Of a stretch of DNA of 64,000 nt, positions 29,419 through 39,657 are shown in pieces. Position numbers and translations under genes: made by a program. Every line of letters starts with the position of its first letter. Within the stretch, counting starts at the first letter, position 1. The DNA comes from Armatimonadota bacterium (GTDB lineage: Bacteria; Armatimonadota; SYMT01), in contig JAWLHY010000016.1 of assembly GCA_041690135.1 (NCBI GenBank), positions 96,001 to 160,000 of the forward strand, given 5' to 3'. The notes beneath the pieces are model-generated. The model made no database searches, had not been told where the DNA came from, and worked only from the letters and a program-made list of their open reading frames with translations.

Positions 29419-29653
29419 CTTCTCCGGCCCGCGCACCGGATGGGGAGAACCGGTCGCAAGCACTTGAACTGAACCTGTGGCCGCACGGCGCCTTTGCCGG
29501 TCGGCAGCGGTTGAAGGTAACTCCAATTTAGGATGCCACGGGACGATGGTTGCTGCCAGCAGCAAAAAAGTGAAACTCCCCGCACGACCGCCTCAATACT
29601 CGCACGCTCACAACCGCCGGTGTCAGCGGAAGAGAAATGCACGTATTGAGTAG

Positions 29654-31543
29654 ATGCGTGAGAAACTGCGAGTGCGGCGCAACGCGCCTCACTGCCGGCA
29701 CCGTGCTACTCCTGACGAACCCGTGAACAAGAAGTTATCGGTCTCGGGCCAATCTGTTTCCCTTCCCCTCCGCTGGTACCTTGTGCTGCTGGTGGTGGGA
29801 ACCCTGTTGCCGGCGGTGGTTTTTGGGGCTGCGCTTCTCCTGCGCCTGGCTAGCGAAGAGCAAGATGCCGCGGAGCGCCGCCTCGCGCATTCGGCGAGGG
29901 TCATGGCGGCATCGATCGAGCGGGAACTCTCCAGCAACGTCCGCACCCTCCGGGCGCTGGCCGAGTCGGAGTACCTGGATCAGGACGATCTGAAGGCATT
30001 CCACGCGCAAGCGATGCGAGTGCAGAGCACTCAGCCCGGGTGGCTGACGGTCCTCTTGCTGAATCCGGATGGACGCCAACTGGTCAATTCTGCGCGGCCC
30101 TGGGGAACGTCCCTAACGGGCGCGCAAGAGCCGGATAGCCTGCGTGCAGTCGTGAAAAGTGGCCGGCCCGTGGTCGGGCGCCTGGCCCGAGGAAAACGAG
30201 GGAACTGGGCTTTTCCCGTCCGGGTGCCCATCAAACGGGCGGGCGAGATCCGCTATGTGCTCACCGCCGCTGTGACGTGGGAGTCGCTGGCGGACGTGGT
30301 CGCCCACCAGCTGCCGCCTCAGGAAGAATGGACGCGGGTCATCGTGGACCAGTCCGGTCGAATCGCGGCGCGGACTCGCAATCCCGAACAGTGGGTCGGA
30401 CAACTCGGCACCCCTTCCTTCATTCAACGGTCCGCCGCTTCCGCAGAGGGAGTTTACCGCGACCGAACAATGGAAGGGACCTCGGTCTATGTAGCCTTCA
30501 GCCGGGTCCCGGGTAGCGGCTGGACCGCCGCGGTAACGGCTCCCGTGCTCGTTGTCGAGAAGTCGGTACGCAGTTCGCTGGCAGCGGTTCTGGTCCTGGG
30601 TCTGGTGCTACTACTGGCCAGTGGAGCGGGAGCATTCTACCTCTCGCGACATGTGTCACAGGGGATCATCTCGGTAGCCGCGGCCGCGGAAGCCCTGGCA
30701 CACGGCGCACGTCCCGTTTCCAAGCCGGCGGGGATTACAGAGGTTGCCCGCCTGGGAGAAGCGCTGGAGCGCTCCGCGGCCCTGCTCCAGGCACGCGAGC
30801 GAGAACGGGATGAACACTTACATCAGGCCGAAGCGGCGCGCGCCGAAGCAGAAGCGGCCAGCCGCGCCAAGGACGAGTTCCTCGCGATGCTCGGCCATGA
30901 ACTGCGCAATCCCCTCTCCCCTATCCTCACCGCCGTGGAGATCATGAAGCTGCGGCAAGCAGGCCAGCCTCGAGAGCTCGGCGTCATCGAGCGGCAGGCG
31001 CATCACCTGACGCGCCTGGTGGACGATCTCCTGGATGTCTCCCGGATCACCCGCGGAAAGATCGAGCTGCGGAAGGAGTCGGTGGACCTGGCCGGCGTCG
31101 TCGCCCGCGCCCTGGAAATGGTTAACCCGCTCCTGGAACAGCGTGAGCATGAGGTTGCAGTCGTCTGTGGCTGCGACGCGCTGCGGGTGGTCGGCGACCC
31201 GGTGCGCTTGGCCCAGGTGATGGCCAACCTCCTCACCAATGCGGCTCGCTATACCGAGCCCGGCGGCCGCATTGAGGTGGTCTCCGAACGGAAAAGCAAC
31301 CAGGCCGTGATCCGGGTCAAGGACAACGGCCAGGGCCTCGCCGCCGACCTGCTGCCACGCGTGTTCGATCTGTTCGTCCAGGGGCCGCGCGCCCTTGCTC
31401 GGCAGGAGGGCGGATTGGGGATTGGCCTGACCCTGGTGCGCAGCCTGGTCGAGATGCACGGCGGCACCGTCGAAGTATCGAGCGACGGTCTGGGGAAAGG
31501 GAGCACCTTCACCGTGCGGCTTCCGCTGGCAGATACCGTTTAA
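29654..31543 (+). CDS. sensor histidine kinase (Cache-like periplasmic domain, HisKA, HATPase)
   Basis: 2 TM; EFLAMLGHELRNPL; NLLTNA, DNGQG, GLGIGL boxes. Confidence 0.92.
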   Translation: MREKLRVRRNAPHCRHRATPDEPVNKKLSVSGQSVSLPLRWYLVLLVVGTLLPAVVFGAALLLRLASEEQDAAERRLAHSARVMAASIERELSSNVRTLRALAESEYLDQDDLKAFHAQAMRVQSTQPGWLTVLLLNPDGRQLVNSARPWGTSLTGAQEPDSLRAVVKSGRPVVGRLARGKRGNWAFPVRVPIKRAGEIRYVLTAAVTWESLADVVAHQLPPQEEWTRVIVDQSGRIAARTRNPEQWVGQLGTPSFIQRSAASAEGVYRDRTMEGTSVYVAFSRVPGSGWTAAVTAPVLVVEKSVRSSLAAVLVLGLVLLLASGAGAFYLSRHVSQGIISVAAAAEALAHGARPVSKPAGITEVARLGEALERSAALLQARERERDEHLHQAEAARAEAEAASRAKDEFLAMLGHELRNPLSPILTAVEIMKLRQAGQPRELGVIERQAHHLTRLVDDLLDVSRITRGKIELRKESVDLAGVVARALEMVNPLLEQREHEVAVVCGCDALRVVGDPVRLAQVMANLLTNAARYTEPGGRIEVVSERKSNQAVIRVKDNGQGLAADLLPRVFDLFVQGPRALARQEGGLGIGLTLVRSLVEMHGGTVEVSSDGLGKGSTFTVRLPLADTV

Positions 31544-31555
31544 TCATCCGAGCTT

Positions 31556-31569
31556 TGTGGCATGCCACA
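31556..31569. promoter_or_regulatory. perfect 14-bp palindrome, candidate operator
   Basis: TGTGGCATGCCACA upstream of the catalase. Confidence 0.35.
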
Positions 31570-31676
31570 GTTGCACTTGGCCGGCATCGCCTGACGCAAA
31601 TCCCGTGTCCGGGTCAGTCACTTGCCTGGAGACCGGGATCACCGTATCGAGGCCGGTCCGCAAAGGAGAATGCCGG

Positions 31677-32549
31677 ATGTTTCGCCGTATCGAAGCCTTA
31701 CAGTACCATGCCAAGCCGGACAAGCCGGATCCTGTATTCGCTCGCCAGCTCCAGGAAGTCCTGGGAGGCCAATGGGGCGAGATGAGTGTGATGATGAGCT
31801 ATCTCTTCCAGGGCTGGAACTGCCGCGGCCCGGCCAAGTACCGGGACATGATCCTGGACATCGCCACCGAGGAGATTGGGCACGTGGAGATGCTGGCGAC
31901 CATGATCGCCCGGCTCCTGGAGCGAGCGCCCCTGGAAGCGCAAGAGGATGCCGCCCGCAACCCGATTGTGGGTGCGATCATGGGCGGCACCGATCCCCAG
32001 GCGGTGCTTGCCGGAATGAACCCGCAGCACATTATCGTCACGGGCCTGGGCGCCAGCCCCACCGACAGCGTAGGCTACCCCTGGAATTCCCGTTACACCA
32101 TCGCCAGCGGCAACCTCCTCGCCGATTTCCGGTTCAACGTGACGGCGGAGTCGCAGGGGCGCCTCCAGGTGACCCGCCTGTGGGAACTGACGAATGACAG
32201 CGGGGTCCGCGACATGCTGTCGTTCTTGATCGCCCGCGACACGATGCACCAGAACCAGTGGCTGGCCGCCATCGAAGAACTGGAAGCGGAGGGACTGGAA
32301 GCTACCCCGGTGCCGGTGACCTTCCCGCAGGAGAAGGAGCTGCGCGAGGTGTCGTACCAGTACATGAACTTCTCCGAGAGTATCCAGAGCCAGGATGGCC
32401 GCTGGGCGAGCGGACCCGCGCCGGATGGCAAAGGAGAGTTCCAGTACGTGGCGGATCCCCAGCCCTTGGGAGAAGTCCCCGACCTGGGCATGGTGGACCC
32501 GCGCGTTCACGGCACCGCCAAGAAGCCGATCCCACCCCTGGCGGCATGA
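31677..32549 (+). CDS. manganese catalase
   Basis: LGGQWGE, IATEEIGHVEM, NVTAESQGR, RDTMHQNQW; AAGGAG RBS. Confidence 0.95.
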   Translation: MFRRIEALQYHAKPDKPDPVFARQLQEVLGGQWGEMSVMMSYLFQGWNCRGPAKYRDMILDIATEEIGHVEMLATMIARLLERAPLEAQEDAARNPIVGAIMGGTDPQAVLAGMNPQHIIVTGLGASPTDSVGYPWNSRYTIASGNLLADFRFNVTAESQGRLQVTRLWELTNDSGVRDMLSFLIARDTMHQNQWLAAIEELEAEGLEATPVPVTFPQEKELREVSYQYMNFSESIQSQDGRWASGPAPDGKGEFQYVADPQPLGEVPDLGMVDPRVHGTAKKPIPPLAA

Positions 32550-32569
32550 GGTAGTCCACGGCGATGTTC

Positions 32570-32600
32570 GCGAGCCGAAGCTCCCGTGGCTTCGGCTCGC
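32570..32600 (+). terminator. intrinsic terminator
   Basis: GCGAGCCGAAGC/GCTTCGGCTCGC 12-bp stem then TATT. Confidence 0.65.
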
Positions 32601-32669
32601 TATTGGGTTTAGAGGTGGGACCGAGCCGGCTATAACTCACGGGCAAAGCACCGCCTGCTTGTACTACCC

Positions 32670-34652
32670 GTGAAGCTCGTCGATCTCGTTAACTTTTTCA
32701 AAAGCCCGCACGACCGCGATATCATCGCGCATCGCACCGCGCCGCCCGGTCCGCGCGGCTACACTCTGGAACTGCCGCAGCCGCCGGATCCCGAGCGGTT
32801 TGTCTTTCTCGCCCTGGGCGACAGTGGCGACTCCGCTGCCGTGGGCGCGCAACAGTCTCCACAGGACGCTGTGGCGGCCTGCCTGGCGGAAGACGCAGCC
32901 CTCCCCGAAAGCCAGGGGGATGCCCGGCTGGTGGTGCACACTGGCGACGTGGTGTACATGACCGGCGAGCGACGGATGTACGACCGCAACTTCCGGCGGC
33001 CCTACGCGCCCTTTCTCACGGCCGGCAGCACGGTCGATCACCTCGTGTTCCGGCTGCCCTTCCTGCCGGTGCCCGGCAACCATGATTATTACGATTACTC
33101 GGGCATCGTCAGCTGGTTGACCCGCACTCCCATCCTGGGGGCGGGAGTGGCGGCGGTGGCTCGCGAGTTGTTCGGTTTTCACCTTCCACAGGGCGGTTCG
33201 GACATGGGGGCTGCCTATATGCACGCCTTCGTGGCCGGGAGTGCGGCCGAACGCGATGCCCCTTACGAGCTAGGGCATCGTACCCGCATCCCCAACCGCT
33301 ACTACCGGTTCCGCGTGGGAAATGCGGACTTCTTTGCCCTCGATTCGAATACCCTGGAAGCGCCTCCGCCCAATGGGCACCTGGACGCCGAGCGTGAGGA
33401 TGCAGCGCGACACGTGCGGGCACTCGAACGGCGGGCTCGCGCGCTCAGCCGACAGATCGAACGCGATGAGCGGGCCGTTGAGAAGTGGCTGCAGAGCGAG
33501 CGCGAACGGGCTGCCGAGGATGTGGAACGCCTGGCGGAGCTCCGGGTTTCCGGCCTGATGGTAGGCTCGGCGCTCGACAACCTGGCAACCGCTCTCCGGA
33601 ACCTGGAGCCCGCTACCCCTGCTTGCGGACCGCCGGCGGACGAAGCAGCGCATCTCGCCCAACGCTGGCGAGATGCGACGGCGGAAGTGGTACCTGGCGG
33701 AAGCTTACGAGCGAACATTGATGCACTGGAGAACCTGGATGGAGCCGCGGATCGCTGCTGCGAGCTCCTGGATCGGCTGGAAGTTTGCTTTACGGAACTT
33801 CCGGCGGGGTCCGGGCGTGAGGCACTGGAGGCGGCGCGCGATGCGGTGTTGCGCGCGACAGCGCGCTGGCGGGACTACGAATGCGGGAGCCCGCCGGCAG
33901 ACTTGTGCGAGCGGCTGCGGCGCCTCTCGGCCCGTGCCCTGGATGTCCACCGTCACCTGGCATTGGAGCGGCGGCGTGTCGACCGCCGGCCGGAGGATCA
34001 CGATGCCGCGCAACTAGAATGGCTGCGAGAGGGGCTGGAACAGTCTCTTCGCGACAACCCGGATGGTTGGCGGATCGTTTACCTGCACCAACCGCTCTAC
34101 ACAACGATCGGAAACCACAGCGAAAACCATGACGTGGTGGGGGTACGCGAGAACCTGCTGCCCTTACTGCGCGACCGCGTCCACCTGGTGCTTGCCGGTC
34201 ACGCGCACGCCTTCGAGTGGTTCCGCTCGGACACGCTTCCCACTACGGGACTGGTGGTGACCGGTGGCGGTGGTCAACCCTGGCTCTGGCGCTCGATTCT
34301 CGACCCACGCCAGATCCGGCGCTTCCGCTCCCTCTACCAGTCGCTTCGGGACGGGGGCGCAATGGAGTGCGCCCTGGCCGGGTTCGGCCCGCCCGCGGCG
34401 GACGGCGAACGGGGAGGGCTTTACCACTACCTGCGGGTCGAGGTCACGCCGGACAGAATCCTGGTCACTCCGGTAGGTGTGCGGCGCATAGACAACGGGT
34501 ATCGGCGGGAAACCCCAATGCCGGTCTACCACGTCCCGGAGCTACCTTCCGAACTCCCGGTGGGGAAACCGCTCTGGCAGCGCCGGTTCTTAAGTGGAAT
34601 CGAGATCCGCCGGGGTGAGCCGCCACAGCCCCTGTGGGCCAACGAACTCTGA
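32670..34652 (+). CDS. calcineurin-like metallophosphoesterase with long helical insertion
   Basis: GDSG, GDVVY, GNHD, YLHQP, GHAH motifs. Confidence 0.88.
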   Translation: MKLVDLVNFFKSPHDRDIIAHRTAPPGPRGYTLELPQPPDPERFVFLALGDSGDSAAVGAQQSPQDAVAACLAEDAALPESQGDARLVVHTGDVVYMTGERRMYDRNFRRPYAPFLTAGSTVDHLVFRLPFLPVPGNHDYYDYSGIVSWLTRTPILGAGVAAVARELFGFHLPQGGSDMGAAYMHAFVAGSAAERDAPYELGHRTRIPNRYYRFRVGNADFFALDSNTLEAPPPNGHLDAEREDAARHVRALERRARALSRQIERDERAVEKWLQSERERAAEDVERLAELRVSGLMVGSALDNLATALRNLEPATPACGPPADEAAHLAQRWRDATAEVVPGGSLRANIDALENLDGAADRCCELLDRLEVCFTELPAGSGREALEAARDAVLRATARWRDYECGSPPADLCERLRRLSARALDVHRHLALERRRVDRRPEDHDAAQLEWLREGLEQSLRDNPDGWRIVYLHQPLYTTIGNHSENHDVVGVRENLLPLLRDRVHLVLAGHAHAFEWFRSDTLPTTGLVVTGGGGQPWLWRSILDPRQIRRFRSLYQSLRDGGAMECALAGFGPPAADGERGGLYHYLRVEVTPDRILVTPVGVRRIDNGYRRETPMPVYHVPELPSELPVGKPLWQRRFLSGIEIRRGEPPQPLWANEL

Positions 34653-34725
34653 CCCGGTGAAGCTGATTCAGAACTTGTGCGGAAGGTGAGAGCAAACCTG
34701 GCGTGGTCTCTTGCCTGCACCACCG

Positions 34726-36123
34726 TCACCCGAACAAGCGCACGAGCGGTGAACCCGTACTCAAAGGGATCGGGCGCCCGAGAGGATCGACCAACTCCGT
34801 CGCGGGGTGGATACCGAGGGCATGGTAGAGGGTGGCGGCCAGGTCTTCGGGTGTTACGGGGTCGGAAAGGGGGTAGGCGGCGTCCCGGTCGGAAGCACCG
34901 TAGACCTGCCCCCCGCGGATACCCCCGCCGGCGAGCACCACGGTGTTGCAGGCGGCCCAGTGGTCCCGGCCCGCGTTCTTGTTGATCGTAGGGGTCCGGC
35001 CGAACTCACCGAGGCAGATGACCAGGGTTTCCTCCAGCAGACCCCGCTCGTGGAGATCGGCGATAAGCGCGGAAAATGCACGGTCGAACGGCGGAAGGAG
35101 GCTGCCTTTCAGCTGCTTGAAGTTGTCCGCGTGGGTATCCCAGAAGGCATCGTCGCGCATCCAGTTGACCGTCACCAGCCCCACTCCGGACTCCACCAAC
35201 CGGCGGGCCAACAGTAGCCCCTGGCCGAACGGGTGGGAGCCGTACTTTTCGCGCACCGGGGCGGGCTCGGCCTTCAGGTTCCAGGCTTCCCGCGCAGCCG
35301 TGGAAAGCGTGAGTTCCAGTGCCCGGCGGCGATGTTCGTCGAACCGGGACGTCGCGGCGACCGGCTCCAGCGCGCGCCACCGGCGGTCGACGTCTTCAAG
35401 CAGGGACCGCCTCCGGCTCAGGCGACCGTCCGGCAGTGCGATCTCCGGGTGGAACGGCCGGAAATCCGGGCGACTGGGGTCCTGGCTCAGGAATAGCGGA
35501 TCGTGTTCCGCACCGAGAAAGCCCGCGAAGAAGCCCGGGAAGATGTGGTTGTTCGCGGAGACTTGATTCGCGGGTGCGTTCAGACTGACGCCGGAAGGGA
35601 TGGGGCCGGAGCCTGGGCGCAACTTCCTCACCACGGCGCCAAAGGTGGGGAAATCGGTGGCCTGGTTTTGCGGATTGGTGTTCGGTCGAGCGTGGCGATG
35701 GCCGGTGAGCATGTAGTGCATCGCCACGGTGTGCGTGTTGTCCGGGTGGGTCACGGAGCGCACGAACGCCAGGTGTTCCGCCTGGCGCGCCAGCAGGGGC
35801 AAATGTTCGCACACGGAGATCCCGGACACGGTGGTGGGAATCGGGCGGAACTCCCCACGCACCTCGGCCGTGCCCTCGGGCTTCATGTCCCAGAGATCCT
35901 GGTGCCCCGGCGCTCCAAACAGAAAGGCGACAATGCAGGACTTCGCCCGACCGAACGACCGTGGGGGCGCACTCCCAACAGCAACCGCTTCGGCAGCTGC
36001 GGCGCGACCGCAAAGCAGCTCGGGAAGGATCAGCCCCCCGAACCCCAGGCCACCGGCGCGAAGCCATTCACGCCGGCTGATCCCTTCGCACAATTTGAGC
36101 GGTCCGTCCCCAACTGAAAGCAT
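34726..36123 (-). CDS. DUF1501 domain protein
   Basis: ISRREWL; DLWDMKP; LARRLVESGV; WDTH; GEFGRTP; GRDHW. Confidence 0.92.
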   Translation of the reverse strand: MLSVGDGPLKLCEGISRREWLRAGGLGFGGLILPELLCGRAAAAEAVAVGSAPPRSFGRAKSCIVAFLFGAPGHQDLWDMKPEGTAEVRGEFRPIPTTVSGISVCEHLPLLARQAEHLAFVRSVTHPDNTHTVAMHYMLTGHRHARPNTNPQNQATDFPTFGAVVRKLRPGSGPIPSGVSLNAPANQVSANNHIFPGFFAGFLGAEHDPLFLSQDPSRPDFRPFHPEIALPDGRLSRRRSLLEDVDRRWRALEPVAATSRFDEHRRRALELTLSTAAREAWNLKAEPAPVREKYGSHPFGQGLLLARRLVESGVGLVTVNWMRDDAFWDTHADNFKQLKGSLLPPFDRAFSALIADLHERGLLEETLVICLGEFGRTPTINKNAGRDHWAACNTVVLAGGGIRGGQVYGASDRDAAYPLSDPVTPEDLAATLYHALGIHPATELVDPLGRPIPLSTGSPLVRLFG

Positions 36124-36235
36124 GGCGCCCCGTCCTTGCCCGAGTAGGACAGCGGACCGGAGCCGGGGTTTCGGGAAACATGGGGCCGCCGCACCTGAAG
36201 CAGCGAACGTGCGCTATCTGGGACGCCAATACAAC

Positions 36236-36271
36236 AACGGGGGGTCCGGAGAACTCTCAGGCCCCCCTGTT
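36236..36271 (-). terminator. terminator of the gdh-cNMP operon
   Basis: Imperfect G/C stem followed by GTTGTTGTATT on the minus strand. Confidence 0.55.
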
Positions 36272-36293
36272 TTCGCGACTCGTCCGCCCGAGC

Positions 36294-37160
36294 TTAGCGA
36301 GGGTAAAGGGAGACGGTGATGATGTGCCAGACCACCATCTGTACGGCGACGGCGGTGAGTAGCAGGTGGTAAAGGGTCCAGCCGCGCATGAACCGGTGGT
36401 AAGATCGAAGGACCTCCACCTGGTTCAGGTCGCGGACCAGTTGACGCGCCTCCATCGAGAGGGGCGTTAACTCAGCGGCCGCCGCGTCCACCTGCCCGTC
36501 CCAGAAGTTCCAGTCCGGCATGCGCCACAGGTTGGCGCTCCGCCGAGCGGCCATCGCACGCACCGCCCGGTCCACATCCTGCTTGCTGAACTTCGGCGCG
36601 CCGGGGCCTTCCGCTTCCGCCAGGGTGTAAAGGCGGGTGAGGATGCGGTCGCGACTGGCGTTGATCTCGGTCAGGACCGACGGGGTGTACTCGTGGCGAA
36701 CCATCCACCAGCGGATGAGTGTCTGGTAGAGCCATCCGAAAACCCCGGTTCCTACCGTGCCCCAGTAGCCGATCTGGAGCGCGGTCAGGAAGGGGGAGCG
36801 AAATTGGAACCCGCTGTGGCAGCCCAGCAAAACCAGTGCGATCAGGCCCAGGACGAGGTGGGCGCGATACCAGAATTGGAGCGTGCCGCTGCGGCTCCGG
36901 TAGGAGATCCTACGCAGACCGTAAAGTGCGAGAAAGGCAAACAGCACCGTGCCGGCCAGGCCGTAATAGCGACCCCATTGCGTGGCGGCCGGAACTTCCG
37001 CGCCGGCCGTGGCCTGCAAGTAGAACCAGATCAACCCACCACTGAGCAGCCACGCCAGTACGGTGAGCACCCGGTAACCCGTACGCGTGGGCCTGGTGGC
37101 GACGTCGGGTCGAACCGCCGCACCGGGAATAGCTGATGAATCGGAAGCTCCCATAACCAC
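36294..37160 (-). CDS. membrane protein, ferric-reductase/cytochrome b-like di-heme domain
   Basis: About 5 TM helices; two H-x13-H pairs (AHLVLGLIALVLLGCH; YHLLLTAVAVQMVVWH). Confidence 0.72.
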   Translation of the reverse strand: MVMGASDSSAIPGAAVRPDVATRPTRTGYRVLTVLAWLLSGGLIWFYLQATAGAEVPAATQWGRYYGLAGTVLFAFLALYGLRRISYRSRSGTLQFWYRAHLVLGLIALVLLGCHSGFQFRSPFLTALQIGYWGTVGTGVFGWLYQTLIRWWMVRHEYTPSVLTEINASRDRILTRLYTLAEAEGPGAPKFSKQDVDRAVRAMAARRSANLWRMPDWNFWDGQVDAAAAELTPLSMEARQLVRDLNQVEVLRSYHRFMRGWTLYHLLLTAVAVQMVVWHIITVSLYPR

Positions 37161-37322
37161 CTGGTCTACCGGCTCTGCCGCCGGTTGTCGTTTCGCTGTA
37201 TGAGCCGGACCCGCTACGGAGTCCGTGCGTTCCCTTCGCCGGGTACCCGAAGTGGCCTCCCGCGAAACCCGATCCTTCGGGAGGGAGATGGGACCGCAAC
37301 TACGGCTTCGGGCGTGCGCAAG

Positions 37323-39644
37323 CTAACCTTCCGGAGCGCCATTCGCCGGTTTCACCGCCTGGGTAGATACTTCGGCTCCAACCGGATTTGGGGTCGCCGG
37401 TCGGGCGGGTACTGCCGGCTTTTCGGGCTTCTCCGGCTTGCCGAACTCAACTTCGATCGTGGTGTGCCCCAGGTAAAGGCCCCCCTGGTACACCGCAAGG
37501 GAAAGGACCTGGGGGCCCGGCGTGCGACACGTCAGCGCGTAACGCGTCTGGCCCTCCAGGATCTCTGCCGCGTGAACGGGCAACTGCAACTGGCGCATCG
37601 GCCCGCCGCCGCCGATGCGAATAGTATCGGAAGCGATCATGAAGAAGTTCAGCTTCAGTACGGAAACGCCATGTTCGGGCCTCCGGCAGTAGATCTTCAG
37701 GCCTTCGCCCGATGGTCCGACGCGCACGTCCAATTCCGCGGGCTTCCCGGCGACCGGGGGGTGAGCCCAGTTCGTCTCCACGATCAGCTCCCACTGCTCA
37801 TCCGAGGGACGGTTAGCATGGGTCTCCACCGGCGCGGGTTTCGCCAGCGCTTCCGCAAACTGGCGGTCTCCGTCAATCCGGATCACCGCGCCGGTGGGGC
37901 AACTCTGCACGCATGCCTGCTGAGGACGTCCGTGGCACAGGTCGCACTTCACCGGATAGTTCTTGCCGGATTTGCTCTCCGAGCCGGTTGAGCCTTCGCC
38001 ACCGGCCTTCCGGAACATGCGGAGGACCTGCTGCACCAGCGAGAGGGGCTCCTGCTGGCGCACCTGGTCGGCCGGTACGATCTGGATGCTTCCATACGGG
38101 CAGCCCTGGCTGGGGTCCGCGCACTTACCGCACCGGATACACCGATCGTACTCGATGAACACCGCTCCCGAACCCGCCTCGCGCTGGAGAGCGTGCGTGG
38201 GACAAACCTCCGCACACAGCGCAAACTCGCAGTGCTGGCAGGAGTGCGACAGCCGCACCTGGGGCAGCACGTCCTCGTCCTGGCGCATGTTGTCCCAGAG
38301 GAACCGGTTCAGGCCGTCCGGATGTACCTCCTGGCAGGCTGTCACGCAGTTGTTGCACCGGATGCAATCGTCCATGCGGACACCCAGCACCCAGTTGCCG
38401 GCGATGTGCTGGGTTTCCATCATCCAACCCAGGCGGACGGCCCGCTGCGCATCGTCCTCCAGTTGTTCATTCATCACACGTCGCTGGCGGGTCATCGACA
38501 CCAGCTTCTTGCGGACGTCGGCGTGACGCGCGACGATGTCCTGAAAGTCGGCCGCCGGAATGCGAATGGCATCCACCCGCTGGAGGGCGGCCACGGTCTG
38601 CCCGCGCCGGCCCGTCTCTCCGGGTTCGGGGAGGAGGGCCATCTCCCCCACCGTCTCTCCGGTCCGCACCCAGGCGATGGGACGGGGGCCGCGAGCGGTT
38701 TCCTCGACCACCAGCATCGTGCCGTTCAGCACGACATAGAGTGCGTCCGCCTCCTGGCCCTGGAAAAAGATCGGCTCGTACGGCTCAAAGCTCTCGAGCG
38801 TGCCGATGTCCCGGATGGACTCGAGCTCCGCGACCTCCAACCCGCCGAAGAACGAGGTCTTGCGGAGTTGCCCGATCATCGCGTTCTGGCGGTAACGCTC
38901 CTCCACCAGCGTCTTGAAGATCTTACTCTTCTTCCGGAGCTCGGCCACCGCGGAGCGGTCGCACTCCAGCACCAGGCAGTCGCCGCGCGCGGTGATGGTG
39001 GCGCTGCGGGTCTGGTAGGCGAGTACGGCGATCTCACCGAAGAAGTCGCCCCGCCTGGCCACAGGGTGGGGACCGCCCGCAATGTGAATCTCCGCCTCGC
39101 CTTCCAGGACGAAGAACATCGTGCCGCCGTACTCCCCTTCGCGCACGATCGCCTCACCGTCCCGGTAGAGACGACAGGAGGATTCGCGAAGTACCTTTTC
39201 GAGGCTCTCCACGGGCAGGTCGGCGATCGGTCCGAGGCCAGCGACGAGGGGGCTATAGAAGTCGACGCTGAAGCGGTTGGGCACTCCGCACAGGAGGGCG
39301 AGCAGTTGCGGTTTGCACTCCAGGACGGCACTGCGCTGCCGCGCAACCAGCTTCTCGGAGAAAGGCTGACCACGAAGTCCGCTCCACTGACCGTAAATCC
39401 GGGTGGGCGGGACATCAGCGCCGGGCGGGGCCTGGTCGGCAGGGTGTACGAGGCCCGTCAAAACGATATAGGCCCCGCGGAGCGTCTCGGGGTCCGAGAG
39501 GACTTCCCCCGGCACCAGTTGCCAGCACCGTGCCTGCTCCAGTGCCTGGCGGTACCGGTGCGCATCGGGAAGCTGGAGGAGTTCGGCAAAGAACTCGCTT
39601 TCTTCAAGGGCGGCTTGCAAGGGAGTGCGACCCGAAACACTCAT
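37323..39644 (-). CDS. 3x cyclic-nucleotide-binding domain + DmsB/NrfC-type 4x[4Fe-4S] ferredoxin + C-terminal beta domain
   Basis: FFGEIAVLAYQTRSA; VGEMALL; CIRCNNCVTAC, CQHCEFALCAEVCP, CIRCGKC..GCP, KCDLC...ACVQSCP. Confidence 0.9.
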   Translation of the reverse strand: MSVSGRTPLQAALEESEFFAELLQLPDAHRYRQALEQARCWQLVPGEVLSDPETLRGAYIVLTGLVHPADQAPPGADVPPTRIYGQWSGLRGQPFSEKLVARQRSAVLECKPQLLALLCGVPNRFSVDFYSPLVAGLGPIADLPVESLEKVLRESSCRLYRDGEAIVREGEYGGTMFFVLEGEAEIHIAGGPHPVARRGDFFGEIAVLAYQTRSATITARGDCLVLECDRSAVAELRKKSKIFKTLVEERYRQNAMIGQLRKTSFFGGLEVAELESIRDIGTLESFEPYEPIFFQGQEADALYVVLNGTMLVVEETARGPRPIAWVRTGETVGEMALLPEPGETGRRGQTVAALQRVDAIRIPAADFQDIVARHADVRKKLVSMTRQRRVMNEQLEDDAQRAVRLGWMMETQHIAGNWVLGVRMDDCIRCNNCVTACQEVHPDGLNRFLWDNMRQDEDVLPQVRLSHSCQHCEFALCAEVCPTHALQREAGSGAVFIEYDRCIRCGKCADPSQGCPYGSIQIVPADQVRQQEPLSLVQQVLRMFRKAGGEGSTGSESKSGKNYPVKCDLCHGRPQQACVQSCPTGAVIRIDGDRQFAEALAKPAPVETHANRPSDEQWELIVETNWAHPPVAGKPAELDVRVGPSGEGLKIYCRRPEHGVSVLKLNFFMIASDTIRIGGGGPMRQLQLPVHAAEILEGQTRYALTCRTPGPQVLSLAVYQGGLYLGHTTIEVEFGKPEKPEKPAVPARPATPNPVGAEVSTQAVKPANGAPEG

Positions 39645-39657
39645 GAAACACCACTAT

